Shown in pieces: positions 43,890 to 48,853 of a DNA stretch of 48,853 bases. A program made the translations under genes and the position numbers. The DNA lies in assembly GCA_043753505.1 (NCBI GenBank), contig JAYUXO010000274.1, forward strand, positions 1-48,853, in the 5' to 3' direction. This DNA is from Comamonadaceae bacterium (GTDB taxonomy: Bacteria > Pseudomonadota > Gammaproteobacteria > Burkholderiales > Burkholderiaceae_C). How positions within the stretch are numbered: the first letter of the stretch is position 1; every line of letters begins with the position of its first letter. The notes under the pieces are model-generated. The model had not been told where the DNA came from, made no database searches, and saw only the letters and a program-made list of their open reading frames with translations.

Positions 43890-45440
43890 TCAACGGTTGT
43901 AGGCCGTCTCGCCGTGGCTGGAAATGTCCAGGCCTTCGCGCTCTTCTTCCTCCGTTACGCGCAGGCCAATTACCAGATCCACCAACTTGAACGCGATGAA
44001 CGACACCACGGCTGACCACACCACGGTGATCAGCACCGCTTTGGCCTGGATCCACACCTGGCCGGCAATGCTGTAGTCCTCAGGTTTGATCATGGTGGCT
44101 GTAACCCAGTCGCCCATGGCGCTGGGGCCGCCCAGGCTGGGCGATGCGAACACACCGGTCAGCAGCGCACCCAAAATACCGCCGATACCGTGCACGCCAA
44201 ACACGTCAAGTGAGTCGTCGGCACCCAGCACGCGTTTGAGGCCATTCACACCCCACAAGCACACAAAGCCCGCCAACACACCAATAACCAATGCGCCGCC
44301 AGGGCCTACATTTCCCGCAGCCGGCGTGATGGCAACCAAACCGGCCACTGCACCCGACGCAGCACCCAGCATGGAAGCCTTGCCTTTGGATAAGGCTTCA
44401 CCCACGCACCAGGCCAACACGGCAGCAGCGGCGGCTGCAAAGGTGTTGATAAAGGCCAACGCGGCAAAACCGTTGGCTTCCAATGCAGAACCGGCGTTAA
44501 AGCCAAACCAACCCACCCACAGCAGGGCCGCGCCCACCATGGTCAGTGTCAGGCTGTGCGGGGTCATGGACTCTTTGCCGTAGCCAATGCGTTTGCCAAT
44601 CACATAAGCGCCTACCAAGCCCGCCACACCGGCGTTGATGTGCACCACAGTGCCGCCCGCAAAGTCCAGCGCGCCCATTTGCCAGATCATGCCGGCCTTG
44701 GCGTTCATCGCGTCCACCACGTCTTTGGCGCTGTAAGCATCGGGGCCCATCCAGAACCAGACCATGTGAGCGATCGGCAAGTAGCTGAAGGTGAACCACA
44801 GCACCATGAAAGCCAGCACGGCGGAAAACTTGATACGTTCGGCAAATGCGCCCGCAATCAGGCAGCAGGTGATGCCCGCAAACGTGGCCTGGAAAGCGGC
44901 AAACACAATTTCGGGGATGTAGACGCCTTTGCTGAAGGTGGCCGCGTTGGCAAATGTGCCCGCCGTGTTGTCCCACACACCTTTGAGGAACAGGCGGTCG
45001 GTGCCGCCAATGAACTGGTTGCCTTCAGTGAACGCGAAGCTGTAGCCGTAGATGATCCACAACACGCTGATCAAGCTGAAAGTCACCATGACCTGCATCA
45101 GCACCGACAACATGTTCTTGCTGCGCACCAAGCCACCATAGAACAAGGCCAGACCCGGCAGGGTCATCAAGATCACCAGCAAGGTGGCCATCATCATCCA
45201 GGCGGTGTCGCCTTTGTTGGGTACAGGTGCTGGCGTGGCGGCGGCAGCGGGTGCCGATGCGGGGGCAGCGGCCATCGCGGCGGCGCCCGCAGCAACCGCT
45301 TCAGCCGGTTTGGCCTCCGAGGCGGCTGTTGCCGCAGTGGTCGCAGCGGCAATAGGCGCGGGGGATGTTTGGGCTACAACCAGACCGTTGCCCATCAACA
45401 AGCTCAAGCCAATGGCCAGAGAAGCGAGTAGTTTTTTCAT
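43890..45440 (-). CDS. amtB: ammonium transporter AmtB
   Basis: 516 aa from ATG 45440. Signal peptide, Ala/Pro-rich spacer and an Amt core (DFAGGTVVHINAG, FGVHGIGGILG). Confidence 0.93.
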   Translation of the reverse strand: MKKLLASLAIGLSLLMGNGLVVAQTSPAPIAAATTAATAASEAKPAEAVAAGAAAMAAAPASAPAAAATPAPVPNKGDTAWMMMATLLVILMTLPGLALFYGGLVRSKNMLSVLMQVMVTFSLISVLWIIYGYSFAFTEGNQFIGGTDRLFLKGVWDNTAGTFANAATFSKGVYIPEIVFAAFQATFAGITCCLIAGAFAERIKFSAVLAFMVLWFTFSYLPIAHMVWFWMGPDAYSAKDVVDAMNAKAGMIWQMGALDFAGGTVVHINAGVAGLVGAYVIGKRIGYGKESMTPHSLTLTMVGAALLWVGWFGFNAGSALEANGFAALAFINTFAAAAAAVLAWCVGEALSKGKASMLGAASGAVAGLVAITPAAGNVGPGGALVIGVLAGFVCLWGVNGLKRVLGADDSLDVFGVHGIGGILGALLTGVFASPSLGGPSAMGDWVTATMIKPEDYSIAGQVWIQAKAVLITVVWSAVVSFIAFKLVDLVIGLRVTEEEEREGLDISSHGETAYNR

Positions 45441-45465
45441 GTCGTGTCTTTCTGATGGGGGCGTT

Positions 45466-45834
<369 letters not shown>

Positions 45835-45876
45835 TCAGAAGCTGTGTATCGGAAACTGGGCATCGAAAGCTGCGTT

Positions 45877-46647
45877 TCAGAAGCTGTATTTCGCGCCGAG
45901 AACCAGGGTGCTGTTGCCCAGGTATTTGCCTTTGAGGTCTGTGTAGAAAGCCTTTTTGGCATCTGTGCCAATGGCTGCTGCGCTCAGTGAAAGGCCATTG
46001 CCCAGGTCTTTGGACAGCGTCAGCGAGTAGTCGGTGTAATCGAAATCCTTGTTGTTTTTCACTTTTTGCACACCGATGTGTGGTGTCAGCGTGAAGCCAT
46101 CGCCCAGATCAAAGGCCGCGCTCAAATCAAGGTAGTTGCTGCCGGAGCTTCGCAAAAAGCCCAGGAAGTTGCTGGTGCTGTGGCTGTACTTCAGCGTGAA
46201 CATTTTGTAGCTGAGTCCGCCGTACACCTCAGTGGTGTTCGCATTCGTCACGGTGCCTGCGCCGGGTGTGCCCGCTGCGCCGGAGTTGTTATCCGGATAT
46301 TGGTAAGTGATCAAGCCCAGATCGAAGCCCAGATCTGTCGCGATCGAACCTTTGTAACCACCGTACAGATCAATTTCGAGGCTGCCTTTGGTCGCACCGT
46401 TGAAGTCTTTGATCCATCTGACATTCGAACCCCACGCACCCAGGTAGAAACCGTTTTGGTGTGTGAAATCCAGGCCGCCTTGCAAGGCGGCTTTTTTGGA
46501 GGTTTGAGTGATGCCGCGGAAGCGGTAATCTGTGACCACACCGACGTTAAAACCCAGGGTGTAGTCGGGCTCGGGTGCCTTGGCTTGAGCAAATGCAGCG
46601 CTGGAACACACAAGGGCTGACAGGATGAGGGTTTTCTTCAACTGCAT
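45877..46647 (-). CDS. TorF-family (TIGR02001-like) putative outer-membrane porin
   Basis: Signal peptide MQLKKTLILSALVCSSAAFAQ, TDYRFRGITQT motif, terminal YSF. GGAG lies 8 nt before ATG 46647. Confidence 0.75.
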   Translation of the reverse strand: MQLKKTLILSALVCSSAAFAQAKAPEPDYTLGFNVGVVTDYRFRGITQTSKKAALQGGLDFTHQNGFYLGAWGSNVRWIKDFNGATKGSLEIDLYGGYKGSIATDLGFDLGLITYQYPDNNSGAAGTPGAGTVTNANTTEVYGGLSYKMFTLKYSHSTSNFLGFLRSSGSNYLDLSAAFDLGDGFTLTPHIGVQKVKNNKDFDYTDYSLTLSKDLGNGLSLSAAAIGTDAKKAFYTDLKGKYLGNSTLVLGAKYSF

Positions 46648-46687
46648 AAGGAACTCCGGTTTGTAAAAAGAAAGGATGCGGGAAGTA

Positions 46688-46703
46688 AGCAGGGACTGTG
46701 CCA
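46688..46703 (-). promoter_or_regulatory. candidate sigma54 (-24/-12) promoter for the porin-glnK-amtB operon
   Basis: The minus strand reads TGGCACagtccCTGCT, against the consensus TGGCAC-N5-TTGCW. GG and GC are at the correct spacing, 41 nt upstream of the porin ATG. Confidence 0.55.
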
Positions 46704-46835
46704 AATTGCACAGACCGGATCCTGTCGTCAAATCACACTGCTGTGACGTTAGGCGTGCGGGACGTAACACAGCCCTTGCGCCCGAGTTTGGTGCAAATCA
46801 TTAACAAAAGCACCTTAATAGGGAGTGAACACGGT

Positions 46836-48377
46836 ATGAGCTTGTCTTTGGTGCGCAGTCGAGCGCTTGTGGGCTTGGTGGCCGCGCCAGTCACCGTCGA
46901 GGTGCATCTGGCTAATGGTCTGCCCAGCTTCACCCTGGTCGGTCTGGCCGAAACCGAGGTGAAAGAAGCGCGTGAGCGGGTGCGCAGCGCTTTGCAAAAC
47001 AGCGGGCTGGAGTTTCCAACCAACAAACGCATCACCGTAAACCTGGCCCCCGCCGACCTGCCCAAAGACTCCGGCCGGTTTGATTTCCCCATTGCGCTGG
47101 GTATTCTGGCGGCCAGCGGGCAGATTGATGGCACCAGACTGGCGGGGCATGAGTTTGCCGGTGAGCTGTCTTTGTCAGGAGAGCTGCGGCCCATTCGCGG
47201 TGCGCTGGCCATGAGTCTGGCTTTGCATGCGCAAGCTGTGGAATCAACGCTGGTTTTGCCGCCCGGTAGCGCGGAGGAAGCAGCGCTGGTGCCGGACGCA
47301 ACCGTCGTTCGCGTGGCGCACCTGCTGGATGCCGTACAGCAATTTCTGCCGCAGAAACCTGATGCTGCACCAAGTCCCCACACCGCCTCAGGCTGGACGC
47401 GCGTGCAGTCTGTTCCTTTTGCAAGCCAGGCCCACTACGCCGATCTGGCCGACGTGAAAGGCCAAGCCGGGGCCAAGCGCGCACTCGAAATCGCCGCTGC
47501 CGGCGGCCACAGCCTGCTGCTGGTGGGGCCTCCGGGCTCAGGCAAGTCGATGTTGGCGCAGCGCTTTGCCGGTTTGCTACCGGCCATGACCACCACGCAG
47601 GCGCTGGAAAGCGCTGCTGTGGCCAGCCTGGCCGGGCGGTTCCGGCTGGAGCAGTTTGGCCAGCGCCCGACGCTGGCCCCGCACCACACAGCCAGCGCGG
47701 TGGCTCTTGTGGGCGGCGGCTCACCGCCCAAGCCGGGCGAGATTTCGCTGGCGCACGAAGGCGTGTTGTTCCTTGATGAGCTGCCCGAATTTCCCCGCGC
47801 CGCGCTGGAGGCGCTGCGCGAGCCGCTGGAGACGGGGCAAATCCGTATCTCCCGCGCTGCACGCCAAGCCGAGTTTCCAGCGCGCTTCCAGCTGATTGCA
47901 GCCATGAACCCCTGCCCTTGTGGATACCTCGGCTCCACACTCAAAGCCTGCCGCTGCACGCCCGATCAGGTCTCGCGCTACCAGAGCCGCATCAGCGGGC
48001 CTTTGCTGGACCGGCTGGACCTGCATATTGAAGTTCCCGCCATTTCACCGGACGAGCTGCTGGGCGCACCAGCGGGCGAGAGCACCGCCCGCATTCGCGA
48101 GCGCTGCGCCGCCGCCCGGGAGCGTTCCGTAGCGCGTCAGGGCAAGTCCAATCAGGCACTACAAGGCAAAGAAATTGACCTGCATGTGTTGCTGGATCCG
48201 CCCGCAGGTAAATTTTTGAATACCGCAGCCGCCCGCCTGGGCTGGAGCGCCCGCAGTACGCACCGCGCTTTGAAAGTGGCGCGCACAATTGCCGATTTGG
48301 CCGGGGCTCAGCTCACGCAGGTCACGCATGTGGCGGAAGCCATCCAATACCGGCGGGCGTTGAAGATGTTGGGGTGA
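46836..48377 (+). CDS. comM: YifB/ComM-family Mg-chelatase-like AAA+ ATPase
   Basis: MSLSLVRSRALVGL...VEVHL N-terminal Lon-protease-like domain, Walker A GPPGSGKS, LFLDELPEF, and a Mg_chelatase C-terminal domain. Confidence 0.92.
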   Translation: MSLSLVRSRALVGLVAAPVTVEVHLANGLPSFTLVGLAETEVKEARERVRSALQNSGLEFPTNKRITVNLAPADLPKDSGRFDFPIALGILAASGQIDGTRLAGHEFAGELSLSGELRPIRGALAMSLALHAQAVESTLVLPPGSAEEAALVPDATVVRVAHLLDAVQQFLPQKPDAAPSPHTASGWTRVQSVPFASQAHYADLADVKGQAGAKRALEIAAAGGHSLLLVGPPGSGKSMLAQRFAGLLPAMTTTQALESAAVASLAGRFRLEQFGQRPTLAPHHTASAVALVGGGSPPKPGEISLAHEGVLFLDELPEFPRAALEALREPLETGQIRISRAARQAEFPARFQLIAAMNPCPCGYLGSTLKACRCTPDQVSRYQSRISGPLLDRLDLHIEVPAISPDELLGAPAGESTARIRERCAAARERSVARQGKSNQALQGKEIDLHVLLDPPAGKFLNTAAARLGWSARSTHRALKVARTIADLAGAQLTQVTHVAEAIQYRRALKMLG

Positions 48378-48423
48378 TTGACATAAATTGCGCGTCGGTA
48401 CGGACAACCAGCAACATGGACCA

Positions 48424-48771
48424 CTAACTAAGCTGTGCAGGGCCCATGCCGGCGTAAATCACTTGAACCTCCTCACGTCGGGGGTCAGTTTCAATGCGTG
48501 CCCTCAGCGCACGCACGGTCGCTTCAATTCCTGCCAGCCACTGCGTAAAGTGGCCTGCGGCATAAAGCAACACGCCGCGAATACCTCGTTTGCTGTTGTA
48601 TGTCTGCGCTGTTTTCTGGATGTCGGCCAACATGGACTGGGTTACATCGTCGCCGACAGGACCGGCTTCATGGGCAACGCTGGTGGGGCTAAGGTAAACC
48701 AGCGAGAAAGCGTCGGGGGTTTGTTTTTTTGCTGTCACGATGTGTTTAAAGGGTAGGGAACCTCCCAGCAA
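48424..48771 (-). CDS. short BLUF-like protein, degenerate
   Basis: FSLVYLS ... GIRGVLLYAAGHFTQWLAG ... RIETDPRREEVQVIY aligns with the BLUF pattern YRLIYxS ... GITGxLLYxxGxFxQxLEG ... DxRH. The start is uncertain (TTG 48771 or GTG 48738). Confidence 0.5.
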   Translation of the reverse strand: MLGGSLPFKHIVTAKKQTPDAFSLVYLSPTSVAHEAGPVGDDVTQSMLADIQKTAQTYNSKRGIRGVLLYAAGHFTQWLAGIEATVRALRARIETDPRREEVQVIYAGMGPAQLS

Positions 48772-48853
48772 TTGTCAAAATTCATGGTTAAAAAAGCCAC
48801 AATTAGGTGAAGCTATGCACTCATTGCCATGAACTTAACGTTAATTTGACAAC

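Noticed and set aside
45836-45895. 15-bp direct repeat tcagaagctgt(g/a)t at the TorF-porin stop and 41 nt downstream.
   Set aside because: It is a single short duplication with no associated structure or ORF consequence. It is most likely a slippage or repair scar.
46786-46815. Possible NtrC enhancer (GGTGCA ... GCACC) upstream of the candidate sigma54 promoter.
   Set aside because: The half-sites are everted and 15 nt apart, not TGCACC-N5-GGTGCA. The neighbouring TGCGCC-N7-GGTGCA has the wrong spacer length. This is not sufficient to call.

Overview
GC-rich chromosomal segment. Its gene content looks betaproteobacterial (Burkholderiales/Comamonadaceae-like), which is an inference only. Gene order, left to right:
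- 3' end of a sensor kinase, then a REC/Fis-HTH response regulator and tRNA-Phe.
- A type II secretion cluster, gspGHIJKLMN-gspD-gspE, on the minus strand, with divergent gspC.
- ilvA, an OsmC-like gene, coq7, an Omp32-type porin and a DUF3047 lipoprotein.
- A seven-gene family-5 (Dpp/Opp-type) ABC importer with two binding proteins and an embedded M20 amidohydrolase.
- vapBC and an alpha/beta-hydrolase lipoprotein.
- hexR-zwf, a triple-CHRD lipoprotein, and tal-pgi.
- DUF805 plus a large secreted tandem-SH3b protein, then a decayed hipA/yjjJ-like gene.
- glcE-DUF1275-glcF and a gluconolactonase-family gene.
- A putative sigma54-driven TorF-porin-glnK-amtB operon, comM/yifB and a degenerate BLUF-like gene.

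I saw no rRNA, CRISPR array, transposase, integrase or recognisable defence island other than vapBC.

The most unusual content is repeat structure rather than a gene cluster. There are three families of short palindromic repeats:
- Family B is AT-rich and bipartite, with about 11 copies. Several copies lie in frame inside genes: pgi twice, glcE, and the signal peptides of gspD and an ABC binding protein.
- Family C is about 135 bp and rich in ATGAC/GTCAT. It sits at three gsp gene junctions and is read through as pseudopilin leader sequence.
- Family A is a 100-125 bp CGCAGAG-type palindrome with 5 copies.

A classical GGGAGAGGG-type REP pair is also present. All coordinates were counted by hand and may be off by a few bases.
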